Shown in pieces: positions 1 to 9,624 of a stretch of DNA of 64,000 nt. The notes beneath the pieces are model-generated. The model saw only the letters and a list, made by a program, of their open reading frames with translations, did no database searches and was not told the DNA's origin. Position 1 is the stretch's first letter. The number at the start of each line of letters is the position of its first letter. Source of the stretch: Pontiella sp. (lineage in GTDB: Bacteria > Verrucomicrobiota > Kiritimatiellia > Kiritimatiellales > Pontiellaceae); contig JBNKHE010000001.1 in the NCBI GenBank assembly GCA_050290185.1, positions 740,803-804,802 on the forward strand, in the 5' to 3' direction. Made by a program: the position numbers and the translations under genes.

Positions 1-815
1 CCCTGCAATTGCTTAACAAAATCGCATACCGTTCGTCGCGAGGCCAGCGTACTGATCAACGTCTCGCGCTCGGATGACACCGTCACCAGAGATTGATCTA
101 AAACCATTTTACGTTGCTGCAGCGAATCCAAATGGAGATCCTCCCGCAAATCCGCCAGTTTGCGCTCCATTTCACCCAAAGAAGAGCGTTTTTCCTCAAC
201 CTGAACCACAAGCCATTCCACAGCCTTGTCGGACTGGGCCTTGTTCTCCTGCATCATTAACAATCCAGCACAATGCGCCAGCACATTGACCAGCTTGGCG
301 GCAAATTCAGGACTTGGACTTGAGTAGGAAACTGTAACGATATTTGCCTTGGGATCCTTTGACCATTGGGCTTGCCGAATCAAGATGGCCAGCAGGGAAC
401 GGCTAACACCCTCTTTGGAATCGGCGGACTCATCTTCGGGATAACGTTTGAAATACTCCTCGGTCGCCAATTTTTCCATGGCCGGAGATTTAAACTTGGC
501 AAAGCGCGTATAAAATACAACGCCTTCATCGCGAGACAAGCTACTGTCGTCGATCACCACATCGCCCGTTATCACCCTGGGCTGACGCACGCTCATTTCC
601 ATTTCGGCGTATGCTTTATATATTGGCGTTGTATTCTGAATGTAGACAACGCCGCCTATCACTCCAAACAGCGTGAAAAGAAAAATAATTTTCCACCGAC
701 GAAGGGTCAAGCGGATCAGATTTAGCAGACTAAAACGCCCCTCCTCATGCATGGAAGATGTATGTCCTGGCTCCCTCTGAATCGGAGAACCTTGATATAT
801 ATTGGATTGGTCCAT
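1..815 (-). CDS. Polysaccharide co-polymerase / chain-length determinant (Wzc/GumC family), N-terminal part; runs off the window edge
   Basis: Not in the ORF track; translated by hand from ATG at 815: MDQSNIYQG...RRWKIIFLFTLFGVIGGVVYIQNTTPIYKAYAEMEM...NIVTVSYSSPSPEFAAKLVN...AVEWLVVQVEEKRSSLGEMERKLADLR. TM helix, PxYxA motif and coiled coil typical of Wzz/Wzc; open to position 1; same strand as wza. Confidence 0.85.
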   Translation of the reverse strand, partial: MDQSNIYQGSPIQREPGHTSSMHEEGRFSLLNLIRLTLRRWKIIFLFTLFGVIGGVVYIQNTTPIYKAYAEMEMSVRQPRVITGDVVIDDSSLSRDEGVVFYTRFAKFKSPAMEKLATEEYFKRYPEDESADSKEGVSRSLLAILIRQAQWSKDPKANIVTVSYSSPSPEFAAKLVNVLAHCAGLLMMQENKAQSDKAVEWLVVQVEEKRSSLGEMERKLADLREDLHLDSLQQRKMVLDQSLVTVSSERETLISTLASRRTVCDFVKQLQ

Positions 816-842
816 TGTTTACCGTTAATTTCAAAGGTATAG

Positions 843-858
843 AGCAGTTATTGGGCCA
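843..858 (-). promoter_or_regulatory. Putative sigma54 (-24/-12) promoter for wzc
   Basis: Minus strand TGGCCCAATAACTGCT, GG-N10-GC, 28 nt upstream of the ATG. Confidence 0.55.
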
Positions 859-965
859 AAAGGTATCAGGCGGTCGCTGATGCGATCAATCAGTATGAGA
901 TTGTAAACGGCACCCTGATTCGATGAGAGATTAAAAACCAATGTTCATTGCTTTTTTTACCGAGC

Positions 966-993
966 AAAAAATAAAGGCCTCAACTTGAGGCCT
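966..993 (-). terminator. Intrinsic terminator of the PEP-CTERM gene
   Basis: AGGCCTC-AAGTT-GAGGCCT hairpin followed by TTATTTTTT on the minus strand. Confidence 0.7.
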
Positions 994-1013
994 CATACCG
1001 TTCCAGTCATGGC

Positions 1014-2180
1014 TTATTTCATTATCTTGGCTAGAAGGGTATCCAAGTGCTTTACTGCGCTCTCCCTCACGGCCTCAGAGCGAGTCTCGAACCGTTCCAA
1101 ACATACAACAACCCAATTCCAGAACGCTTTGTCCAGTTCCCGCCTGGAGTTTGCAACGGAAGTCTTAACTCTTTCACATCCGTCTTTAGCGGTTGAACCC
1201 ACAATCTGAATCAAGTCCACACGTTCATAATCATACGGCATATCATCCGCTGATTTAAAGTCATCACAGGCACGTCCACGGATCGGAATTAGTGAGAGCC
1301 CAAGGCGCTTACGTCGACGCATAGTCCGAGTCAGGAACAGACCCACCGTACTGAGACTCATCAGGCTGATCGTGCCCGGCTCAGGAACGGCAACCACGCG
1401 CATTCCCACCGACTGGTGCTCGAGACTATAGGCATCCTGCGCTCGTGAAGCCGAACTTAGTAAAGTCCCTAAGTTATTGTATGCCCCGCCCCGGAAAGCG
1501 ATGTCCTCTGCAACCGGAAGATTCAGAGTTCCGTCATAGGCGCTCTCGGTCCACTCCCAAACATTGCCCATCATGTTCTTGGTGCCATTCTGTTCAACCG
1601 CTCCGGACTCGACGGCCCATGCCGCGGTGCCGTCATAGTTTGCATCCGCACCCTGCGTCGGAATCGTGGAGGTTCCATTGGCATAGGTGGAGTATGAGCC
1701 CGTGCCATAGTAGGCGGCCTTGTACCATTCGTCTTCAGTAGGCAGAAGATATACTTGGCCGTAGGTGGAAACCAATGCATCCATCGAGGCCCCGCTATGG
1801 GCGGTTACGTTGGTTACCTGCCCTCCGGAAATCGTATAGGCTCCGCTTGCTACGTCTCCGGATGTCATGAAGTTGCAGAAGCGGGCCGCTTCTACAAAAC
1901 TAATTTTTACGGCCGGGGCATTGCTGACGCCCAGGGCAGACCAGGAATTCTCGTTGCCATTACCGGCTCCGGTCGCCGCCTGAAACTGGCTCAGGGTTAC
2001 CTCTGTTCTTCCGATGCGGTAGTCGTAGCCGACCGCACCGTATCCTGTACCATCGGCAGCGTTTCCCGCATCTCCGATGGCTTGGAAGTCCATTTTAATA
2101 CCATGGATATTGTCGGCCATTGCCATGGTTCCGCTCACAGCCAGCGCAAGCATAGTTCCGATGATTTTATTGCAGCTCAT
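1014..2180 (-). CDS. Secreted FGE-sulfatase-like (SUMF1/CLec-fold) protein with a PEP-CTERM sorting signal and a long C-terminal tail
   Basis: Signal peptide; IGRTEVT, LPTEDEWYKAAY, MMGNVWEW, RGG and GMRV motifs; VPEP-TM-RRRKR at about 1388-1305, then 96 more residues. Confidence 0.85.
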   Translation of the reverse strand: MSCNKIIGTMLALAVSGTMAMADNIHGIKMDFQAIGDAGNAADGTGYGAVGYDYRIGRTEVTLSQFQAATGAGNGNENSWSALGVSNAPAVKISFVEAARFCNFMTSGDVASGAYTISGGQVTNVTAHSGASMDALVSTYGQVYLLPTEDEWYKAAYYGTGSYSTYANGTSTIPTQGADANYDGTAAWAVESGAVEQNGTKNMMGNVWEWTESAYDGTLNLPVAEDIAFRGGAYNNLGTLLSSASRAQDAYSLEHQSVGMRVVAVPEPGTISLMSLSTVGLFLTRTMRRRKRLGLSLIPIRGRACDDFKSADDMPYDYERVDLIQIVGSTAKDGCERVKTSVANSRRELDKAFWNWVVVCLERFETRSEAVRESAVKHLDTLLAKIMK

Positions 2181-2314
2181 AATTTACCGCCTTATCTAAA
2201 TATATAATACGTTCTATTCCCATCGACACTATACAAAGGGAGCTTGGAGCTCCATTGCAAAATACAAGTTTTTTTGATACTAACAACTACCCAAAAGCAT
2301 GTCTTTTCAAGATA

Positions 2315-3454
2315 TCAATAAGCAAATACAGCGCCGCAGGAAACCACTCGCCGATCTGCGTCTTCTTCCTCTGCAATGTAACTCCCGGACAAGTTGACTG
2401 TGACCCTGCGGCCCACATCGTATTCAATCTTCCCGTTTGCAAAATGCCGAGTCTCAACCTGCCCCGATTTAATCGTTTCCTGGCGGTCATGCAAAATCTG
2501 CGCACTGAGCCTCACTCGCTCCCAGATGGCCCAGCCGCCGCCGTAACCTGCTCGATAGACCTGTCTGGCCCCCAAACTACCAGTTCCCGGTTGATAGGCG
2601 CTCTCACCAAACACATAAGCAGAAGTCTTTTCGGTCGGTTGCCAGTGAACATTCAGCGAACCTTGCATGCCCTGGTCCGTTCCAGTCTCTTCATAATCGG
2701 CAGCGGAGACCCCAATCGCTCCACTCCAGCTGAGCTTATCCGAATATCGACTCTCTGCCCCAACGGACACCGTAGTCACCGTGCCGTCCTCATCGTTGCC
2801 AAACTGGAGATCATAGCGCCCCAAGAGACTCAGCAATGTCCGCGACGAAAAGGCATATCTAACGCGAAGACTGGCGGAATGCTCATACCATTTCAAATCC
2901 GGAAGGCCAGCAATCGTCTGTTCGTAGTACATCGCGTCATACCTAGGCAAGAGCGAGGTCTTTTCCGACAGCAGCCTTTCATACCCGACACCCGCATTGG
3001 CTCTTGTACGCGTCGAGGTCCTTGCGGTTAAAATGTCCGGAAGGTTTGATCCTCCGCCATCCTTCACCTTGGTCTCATAATCGACCGTTTTCGCGTGATT
3101 GACAGAAGCACTCAACTTCAGAGGAGACGCCTCGCTCGACAACGCCCCGCTGAAACCGTAGAAGTCATCGCTTGCTTCCGAATTTTCATCATAGGCCCGA
3201 TACCCATAATGGCCCGAACCTCCGATACCGTACAGAGCCTCGCCATTATTGAACCGGGTAGAAGCAGTGGTCTCCGCATAAAAGTCGCCGGAGGATCCAT
3301 CTTTCTTATCATAAGCACCCAACAGCTCCAACTCAGGAAAAAACCAGAAGTTACCGATATCAAAACCACTCTCATTCTCGGCATATTGCGCCAGTGCCGC
3401 GGAACCAAAAAAAACAAAGGCAAGAAGTAGCACAAGATATCGCTTTAGCGGCAT
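2315..3454 (-). CDS. Outer-membrane beta-barrel protein associated with polysaccharide export
   Basis: Signal peptide, alternating amphipathic strands rich in Y/G/S, terminal aromatic (VFAY); TGATG-coupled to wza. Confidence 0.75.
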   Translation of the reverse strand: MPLKRYLVLLLAFVFFGSAALAQYAENESGFDIGNFWFFPELELLGAYDKKDGSSGDFYAETTASTRFNNGEALYGIGGSGHYGYRAYDENSEASDDFYGFSGALSSEASPLKLSASVNHAKTVDYETKVKDGGGSNLPDILTARTSTRTRANAGVGYERLLSEKTSLLPRYDAMYYEQTIAGLPDLKWYEHSASLRVRYAFSSRTLLSLLGRYDLQFGNDEDGTVTTVSVGAESRYSDKLSWSGAIGVSAADYEETGTDQGMQGSLNVHWQPTEKTSAYVFGESAYQPGTGSLGARQVYRAGYGGGWAIWERVRLSAQILHDRQETIKSGQVETRHFANGKIEYDVGRRVTVNLSGSYIAEEEDADRRVVSCGAVFAY

Positions 3455-4113
3455 CAGAACACCCTTTCTGGAACAAAGACAATGTCGCCCTCTTTCAATG
3501 TCAGATCGTCATCGGCATTGCCCGATTTTCCAATCGTGCCAAAATCGACCTTCACACGAACCTTCTGTCCACTGGCATTGATGCGAGTGACCTGGATTTC
3601 AGATGTTTTTGCACTGGGCGCAAAACCTCCAGCCGCCCGAATCGCCGCAGAAAGACGGATTTCGGGTCCTGACTCAAGCTGAACAGGCCCCGGATTCCTC
3701 ACCCGTCCCATCACGGAAACCTGGCCCCATTCGGACTCCCCCCCGGTACCAATAAGGGAGACCATAACCACGGGTCTACTCACGTAGTATGAGCTATAGC
3801 GCTTGGTTATTACTGAGCGTGCCGCATCGAGTTTCAGCCCGCCAACCCCCACATCACCCACCAAAGGAAGAGTGACAAATCCAAGATGATTGATGATTGC
3901 ACGATGCGCCGAATATTCCATGCGCCCATCGACCTCCACCGATACCTCAAGGGCATCTCCCACGGTTAATCTTGAAACTTCCGCGGCATCCTCCCCTGCA
4001 GCAAGCTGACTGAACCCCTGAGCATCCACCGTGGTGGTACTTGTCGACTCACAGCCATTCATTGCGATAACAAACAGTAAAATCAGGAAACTATAAACCA
4101 ACGACCTAAGCAT
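3454..4113 (-). CDS. wza: Polysaccharide export lipoprotein (Wza/OPX, Poly_export + SLBB), short form
   Basis: Lipobox-like AMNGC; LTVGDALEV, GFVTLPLVGDV, VMGRVRNPG, AIRAAGGF, LKEGDIVFVPE; start moved to ATG 4113. Confidence 0.85.
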   Translation of the reverse strand: MLRSLVYSFLILLFVIAMNGCESTSTTTVDAQGFSQLAAGEDAAEVSRLTVGDALEVSVEVDGRMEYSAHRAIINHLGFVTLPLVGDVGVGGLKLDAARSVITKRYSSYYVSRPVVMVSLIGTGGESEWGQVSVMGRVRNPGPVQLESGPEIRLSAAIRAAGGFAPSAKTSEIQVTRINASGQKVRVKVDFGTIGKSGNADDDLTLKEGDIVFVPERVF

Positions 4114-4211
4114 CAAAATCTCCGAACCCATAAAGAACAACCCCAAGACGAGCAGGGTTGTTCTTTAAACCATAACGATGTTCCAGCGCAAGCCATTCCA
4201 GAGCCTGCTTA

Positions 4212-4646
4212 CTACTCAGGCGTGCTGGGAGGAAGGCTTGGAGGGGCTCCCAAGAATGAACCACCCGGGTCGACCGAACCGGCAGAGCCGCCGCCTCCGC
4301 CACTCCCTCCAGCGGATGATGCCGCAACGACACCCCCTGCCACGACAGCCTGACCTAAAAATATTCTGCCTGTTCGGCCTGGATCATCGCTCCACGCACC
4401 GGGATTCATCCACGAAAGACTCCCGCCAGTCGCAATCGGAGACTTCCAACGGCGAGGGGATACCAGAGCAAAAAAATCCCCCATGGATGTAAACTCAACA
4501 CCGACTTCAGCATACCGCCCATATTCGGTGGCTTGCCCTGAGCCAACCAGTCGTGGCCCGCGCGGACCCTGCGCTCCAGGCATGGTGGCGCATCCAGTTA
4601 ACATCGACATACATAGACACCCACTGATTAATTTTGCTGCGTTCAT
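4212..4646 (-). CDS. Hypothetical lipoprotein with a Gly/Ser/Pro-rich C-terminus
   Basis: LTGC lipobox, SD GAGGTG upstream, first gene after a sigma54 site. Confidence 0.7.
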   Translation of the reverse strand: MNAAKLISGCLCMSMLTGCATMPGAQGPRGPRLVGSGQATEYGRYAEVGVEFTSMGDFFALVSPRRWKSPIATGGSLSWMNPGAWSDDPGRTGRIFLGQAVVAGGVVAASSAGGSGGGGGSAGSVDPGGSFLGAPPSLPPSTPE

Positions 4647-4712
4647 GCTTCACCTCTTGTGCTTCGTTGCTGACAAGCGGCCGGTCGGAAAGACCTGCCT
4701 AGCATGATATTG

Positions 4713-4729
4713 AGCAATTCCAGTGCCAA
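4713..4729 (-). promoter_or_regulatory. sigma54 promoter for lipoprotein-wza-barrel operon
   Basis: Minus strand TTGGCACTGGAATTGCT, near-perfect TGGCAC-N5-TTGC consensus. Confidence 0.8.
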
Positions 4730-4820
4730 CAGGACGCCTTCCCGACAATAATTTAAAACAGCGATTCCCCTCTCCGGAAATCAATCGGGGATCTCTCATC
4801 AAAATGCATGGCATGCATAT

Positions 4821-4860
4821 AAAAAAGGCGCTGTTTCGATACATCGAAACGGCGCCTTTT
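4821..4860. terminator. Intrinsic terminator, potentially bidirectional
   Basis: AAAAAAGGCGCTGTTTCGAT-AC-ATCGAAACGGCGCCTTTT long hairpin with A/T tails. Confidence 0.8.
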
Positions 4861-4881
4861 AGCTCGGAAACACCCGAACGA

Positions 4882-5184
4882 TCAGTCGGTCAGAAAGTGC
4901 CCAACCCACTTCCCAAAAATATATTCGTCACTCGCCTCATCCCAAAGCCCTATCCAGTACCATCTGCCCCAGGAAGGTAGCTGAAAGCGGTAGTAACCCG
5001 TATGATCATAACTTTGATGTGCCTGAAGCCATTGTCCCGCCGTCTCATCCCAAACACATACCAGATAGTCTCCCTCGACTGCAGGCAGAGCAATCTGCTC
5101 CTCAGGCAACCCAATTTGTCCGCTCCAGACACAGGCGTTTCCGCATACAATCAACATTGCCAATGATAGAATTATTTTTTTCAT
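4882..5184 (-). CDS. Small secreted Trp-rich protein
   Basis: MKKIIL signal peptide, SD GAGG; resembles the C-terminal domain of the upstream 1.4-kaa protein. Confidence 0.7.
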   Translation of the reverse strand: MKKIILSLAMLIVCGNACVWSGQIGLPEEQIALPAVEGDYLVCVWDETAGQWLQAHQSYDHTGYYRFQLPSWGRWYWIGLWDEASDEYIFGKWVGHFLTD

Positions 5185-5200
5185 GTTATACCTCTAAAGA

Positions 5201-8200
5201 CTACATATTAATCCAATTTGCCTGCACTCGCACCCATTCGCCGCTCGCATCGTCATACTCTTCCATAACAACCCAGTACCACCGGTTAGGGCTCATATTT
5301 TCAAGAACAAGTTCATCGGGGCCTACCATCTCACCAAGAGTCGAAAACTGCTCCGTCGCGGCATCCCACAACCGCGCCCGCACCAGTTGCCCTTCGAATC
5401 CCGATATTGGATACACAACACGAGTAGCAACCATCCAAACGTTCAATACCTGCGTATCGGTATAGCCACCAAAACTGGCCGTAACGGTTACCTGTGCATC
5501 GGCATCAATGTTGCCGACATTCAGCGCCCCGGCAGCATTGATGGTCGCAAAACTTGTATTCTCGGACCATATGGGCGTCACGGTTGCACTCGATCCATCG
5601 GAATAATGGGCGGTACAACTGAAACTGGCAGTAGAGTTTTCCTCTAACTCGGCCGGCCCATTGATGCTGATGCTTGTTAACTCCACCGGAGGTGCGACGT
5701 ATACAATACCAACAACATGCGCATCGCTCTTTCCGGAGTAGCTGGCAGCAATTGTAACACTCTGATCGGAATCCACGTTACCGGCGCTCAGCAGGCCACT
5801 GGAACTGATCGATGCATAGCCCGAGTTTTCAGTCCAGCTGGGCGTGACCAGCGTGGAAGTACCGTCTGACCAGTTCGCGGTGCATCGGTACTGGGCGGTT
5901 GTTTCCTCATCAACGCTTGACGGACCTGAAATGGTGATCCCCGTGAGAGTCGGGGCAACATAGTTGATTGTTACCGTGTGCGTATCGGTCTTTCCATCAA
6001 AGTTCGCCGTGATGGTCACACTTTTGTCGGAAGTTACGTTTCCCGCAGTCAGCAGTCCGTTGCCATTGATCGATGCATACGAAGAGTTCTCGCTCCAGGT
6101 CGGAGCCACTACGGAACTCGAGCCGTCGGAGTAGCTTGCGGTACAGATGTATTGGGCCGTAGTTTCTTCATCACAACTCGTTGGACCAGCAATCGTAATC
6201 CCCGTAACGACCGGCGCTACATAGCTGATTGTTACCGTGTGCGTATCGGTCATTCCACCAAAGCTCGCCGTGATGGTCACACTTTTGTCGGAAGTTACGT
6301 TTCCCGCAGTCAGCAGTCCGTTGCCATTGATCGATACATACGAAGAATTATCGCTCCAGGTCGGAGCCACTACGGAACTCGAGCCGTCGGAGTAGCTTGC
6401 GGTGCAGGTGTATTGGGCTGTGGTTTCTTCATCACAACTCGTTGGACCGGAAATCGAAATCCCCGTAATAACCGGCACTACATAGTTGATTGTTACCGTG
6501 TGCGTATCGGTTTGTCCCCCAAAGTTCGCCGTAACCGTGACGCTTTGATTGGCATCCACATCACCCGCACTCAACAATCCGGAGGAACTGATGGTTGCGT
6601 AGGAGGAATTGAGACTCCAGGTCGGAACCACCGTAGCGGTCGAACCATCAGAATAGGTTGCTGTGCAAGTGTACTGCGCCGCATTTCCCTCATCAACAGT
6701 CGACGGACCCGCTATGGCAATGCTCGACAACACGGGAGCCGGCGGCGAATCCGGAGGCGGAGGACTCACGACCGCACTGGATTCATATACGACAGTCATC
6801 TGCTTCGCATCGCCGGCGTCACTCGTTACCGTGATCACGGCCGAGTCGCCGAGTTGCGGTGTGTAACCCGCTTTAACAGCTACGCTCAGCGTACCGGTAG
6901 CCGTTTCATCTGCCACCTTATCCGACACCTGACTGACCTCCACCCACGAGCCGCTTTCCGGCACAGCCGTCAATCGCAACAGCGCCGTTCCTGCATTGTA
7001 CACATCCACTTCACCAGTCGCGCTCTCAGGCGTCAGGGACAACACACGCCGGGGCAACTCAAGGACGCTGTTGGGAATAGTCCCATAATCCTGCGAAAAT
7101 CCATTCCACGTATTCTCCCGCAGTGCCGGCTCGTTCCCTGGGCTGAATGAGATCCCCGTTCCCGATCCCGTGAACTCGTTGTTGCAGCACACCAGATGCA
7201 CTAGATTATCAAGGGCACTGAAGGTATACAGATCGCTCTGACAGCGATTCCGGTCGAACACCACCAGATCCACAGGAGCCATATCATTATTGGACGATGG
7301 ATTGATGGCATAGCCTGTTATACCGGTTAACTCGTTCCGACGCCATACGCTTGCCAGAATCGAAGGATCCTTGTTTAGCGGAATACGATCGGCAAAGGCC
7401 ACATGATGGTCGGCCAGACCAATCAGGCAATGATCGATGTGGTTTCCTTCGAAAAAGTTAAAGTAGTTCGGCTGTATCACGTTGTACGCCATCCCATCGG
7501 TCTGCTCGGAAAGGCTCCAGTTCAGGATCGCCCCCTTCACATCCGAAATCGTGTTGCCGGCAACCACCGATTCAAAAAATGCCCCGTAGAATGACACCCC
7601 CGCCGACGCGGTGTAGTTGGTATAATTCGGGCCTGAACCATACAGGATCTCCGTCGGGTCGGTAGTGCGCGGATGTCCGTTCAGATGATTGCCAAAGATC
7701 GCAAACCGGCTGGCATATTTCCCGATCATCACAATGCTGTCCGCAGCCGGACGCACGTTCCAGGGTTCGCTAACCGTAATGCGCCCCGAAGCGACATCCG
7801 CAGAGGAGACCAGACGGCACTGTCCCAGGCCCGTTCCATCGACCACAACTATCATGCGGCCCACGGCACCCTCAGGCAGTCCAGAGCACTGGATCGTCGT
7901 GTCTGACAACGCGGCCTCCACCGAGCCCCGATAGATCGTGCGCAGATGTTCAAACATGATCTGCTCGCCAGAGTTCTGACCGGCCTCCTGGCCGTATTTG
8001 CCAAGGGCCGGATCATAGCGCGGCGCCATGTTTGTTGTCGTGCAGTCTCCGATATAGATATTGCGGTGTGTACCGCCGTTCCCCGAACCATTCACAAAGC
8101 GACCTTCACACCATCCGGATCCATCTGTTACATCCGAATCGTCATAGGAGCGCCCAGAGGTGCCGGTGATCGAGACCTGTTTTGACCCGTCGATGGCCAG

Positions 8201-9499
8201 TAGCTTATTGTTGTCGTGCCGACCCAGAAAGGTGCAATCCTCGACAAAAAAGCCATCCATGGTCGCTGCCAGCACATTCCTATTGAGGATGAACGTGCAA
8301 TTCTTGAACGTCAGGTTATTACCACTTGCCACATCAACCAAATCTGCGCTTCCGGTATTTTCCAGCTGGCTGAAGCGGCAGTCCACGAACCGGCTGTTAC
8401 GGGTCGAGCGGCAACGGATCAGCTTGCCGGCATAGCCCGGTGCAGCCTCGAACCCGAGTCCGCGTACCTCTACGCCGTTGAGGCCTGCATGGATCATCCC
8501 GTAGGAGGAACTCAGTACATTCGATGAATGCGAACGGATGATTGAGCTTTCATTGCCGGCACCAAGCAGGCGACAGTTCGAGCCAACCGAACTGATTCGG
8601 TCGCTCAGCAGATAGACCCCTGCCGGAAAGTAGATCGTACCTCGGGCTGGACATGCCGCGATGGCCGACTTGATGGCGATCAAGTCGTCTGCAGAGCCAT
8701 CGCCCTTGGCGCCGTAATCCTTGACATTGATAGTGCCTCCGTCCCAGAGAACGGGCGAAACAACCTCGATGCTCAACGAACGCGACCAACCAAACTCACC
8801 CCCGTGACCGTTGTGCACATAGACCGTATAGGTACCGTTCGGCACATCGGCGGGCATGGTGAACGGTGCGCGGTAGGGATTTGCTCTGGAGCTCGTAATC
8901 CAACGATCAAGTTCCACAATGTAGAGATGACACTCTCCGGCACCGAGCTTCAGGTTGCGGCCGAAGACGCAGAATGAAGAGCCGCTCGATATCCGGTCAG
9001 GACCGACCCACCACGCCTCCGTTTGATTAATGGCCACGGGTCCGCCTATACCGTTGCCATTGCGCGGCCAAAGCAGATACATCTCGTCGGCAGGAAACAA
9101 CCCACTCCCCGGCAGGGTCAGTGCGCACTGGCGGCCGGCGAGGCGCTGAATAAGTCCGGAAGCCGGCGCGAAGCCTTCTCCGTAGAAAACAAAGCCGGTA
9201 TCGCGTCCTTCCTCGCTATCTGTGCTGTATAGCGAAAGTCGTTCGCCGGTGAGTGCCATGGTATCACCTGGCTGGTTGCTTCGCGTCCATTCCGCAATTT
9301 CCGGCGTATTGGACACAGGGGCCGTGTTGGTTACCGGCGGATTAAAGGCTGCAAAATCAGCCGGAAGGGCTGGCTTGCTGGAGGGACCGGTATATTCAGG
9401 GGCAGGATAAAGTGCGGCCGAAGCGTTTAACAACATCGCTCCCCCAAGAACCCATCCCAGTACAAAACGCTTCTCTAGTAGTGCATGTGAACTATACAT
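5201..9499 (-). CDS. Large secreted right-handed beta-helix (pectate-lyase-3/GH28-like) protein with five Ig-like repeats
   Basis: INVKDYGAKGDGSADD...AIKSAI...TIYFPAGVY motif; beta-helix repeats; Pro linker; five about 87-aa repeats (I.GP...E...QYTCTA.YSDGS...PTWS...GLL.AG.V); start at ATG 9499 preferred. Confidence 0.85.
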   Translation of the reverse strand: MYSSHALLEKRFVLGWVLGGAMLLNASAALYPAPEYTGPSSKPALPADFAAFNPPVTNTAPVSNTPEIAEWTRSNQPGDTMALTGERLSLYSTDSEEGRDTGFVFYGEGFAPASGLIQRLAGRQCALTLPGSGLFPADEMYLLWPRNGNGIGGPVAINQTEAWWVGPDRISSGSSFCVFGRNLKLGAGECHLYIVELDRWITSSRANPYRAPFTMPADVPNGTYTVYVHNGHGGEFGWSRSLSIEVVSPVLWDGGTINVKDYGAKGDGSADDLIAIKSAIAACPARGTIYFPAGVYLLSDRISSVGSNCRLLGAGNESSIIRSHSSNVLSSSYGMIHAGLNGVEVRGLGFEAAPGYAGKLIRCRSTRNSRFVDCRFSQLENTGSADLVDVASGNNLTFKNCTFILNRNVLAATMDGFFVEDCTFLGRHDNNKLLAIDGSKQVSITGTSGRSYDDSDVTDGSGWCEGRFVNGSGNGGTHRNIYIGDCTTTNMAPRYDPALGKYGQEAGQNSGEQIMFEHLRTIYRGSVEAALSDTTIQCSGLPEGAVGRMIVVVDGTGLGQCRLVSSADVASGRITVSEPWNVRPAADSIVMIGKYASRFAIFGNHLNGHPRTTDPTEILYGSGPNYTNYTASAGVSFYGAFFESVVAGNTISDVKGAILNWSLSEQTDGMAYNVIQPNYFNFFEGNHIDHCLIGLADHHVAFADRIPLNKDPSILASVWRRNELTGITGYAINPSSNNDMAPVDLVVFDRNRCQSDLYTFSALDNLVHLVCCNNEFTGSGTGISFSPGNEPALRENTWNGFSQDYGTIPNSVLELPRRVLSLTPESATGEVDVYNAGTALLRLTAVPESGSWVEVSQVSDKVADETATGTLSVAVKAGYTPQLGDSAVITVTSDAGDAKQMTVVYESSAVVSPPPPDSPPAPVLSSIAIAGPSTVDEGNAAQYTCTATYSDGSTATVVPTWSLNSSYATISSSGLLSAGDVDANQSVTVTANFGGQTDTHTVTINYVVPVITGISISGPTSCDEETTAQYTCTASYSDGSSSVVAPTWSDNSSYVSINGNGLLTAGNVTSDKSVTITASFGGMTDTHTVTISYVAPVVTGITIAGPTSCDEETTAQYICTASYSDGSSSVVAPTWSENSSYASINGNGLLTAGNVTSDKSVTITANFDGKTDTHTVTINYVAPTLTGITISGPSSVDEETTAQYRCTANWSDGTSTLVTPSWTENSGYASISSSGLLSAGNVDSDQSVTIAASYSGKSDAHVVGIVYVAPPVELTSISINGPAELEENSTASFSCTAHYSDGSSATVTPIWSENTSFATINAAGALNVGNIDADAQVTVTASFGGYTDTQVLNVWMVATRVVYPISGFEGQLVRARLWDAATEQFSTLGEMVGPDELVLENMSPNRWYWVVMEEYDDASGEWVRVQANWINM
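5959..6510. repeat. Near-identical 261-bp tandem coding repeat (Ig-like repeats 2 and 3 plus part of 1)
   Basis: catagYtgattgttaccgtgtgcgtatcggt recurs at 5959, 6220 and 6481 (period 261). Confidence 0.9.
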
Positions 9500-9608
9500 C
9501 GATTTCTTCTTCCTAGAATTGCTGTTCAATGCCCACTCGCTCTCCCCCAAGAGCTGCTCCGAATCCGATCACCGGAAAATCCGAAACAAGAACGGACATA
9601 TCGACATG

Positions 9609-9624
9609 AGCATCTGCCATGCCA
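9609..9624 (-). promoter_or_regulatory. Putative sigma54 promoter for the large beta-helix gene
   Basis: Minus strand TGGCATGGCAGATGCT (GG-N10-GC), about 110 nt upstream of ATG 9499. Confidence 0.6.

Noticed and set aside
74..725. Plus-strand ORFs of 71 and 119 aa
   Set aside because: They overlap the minus-strand Wzc frame, which the track missed because it has no stop in the window.
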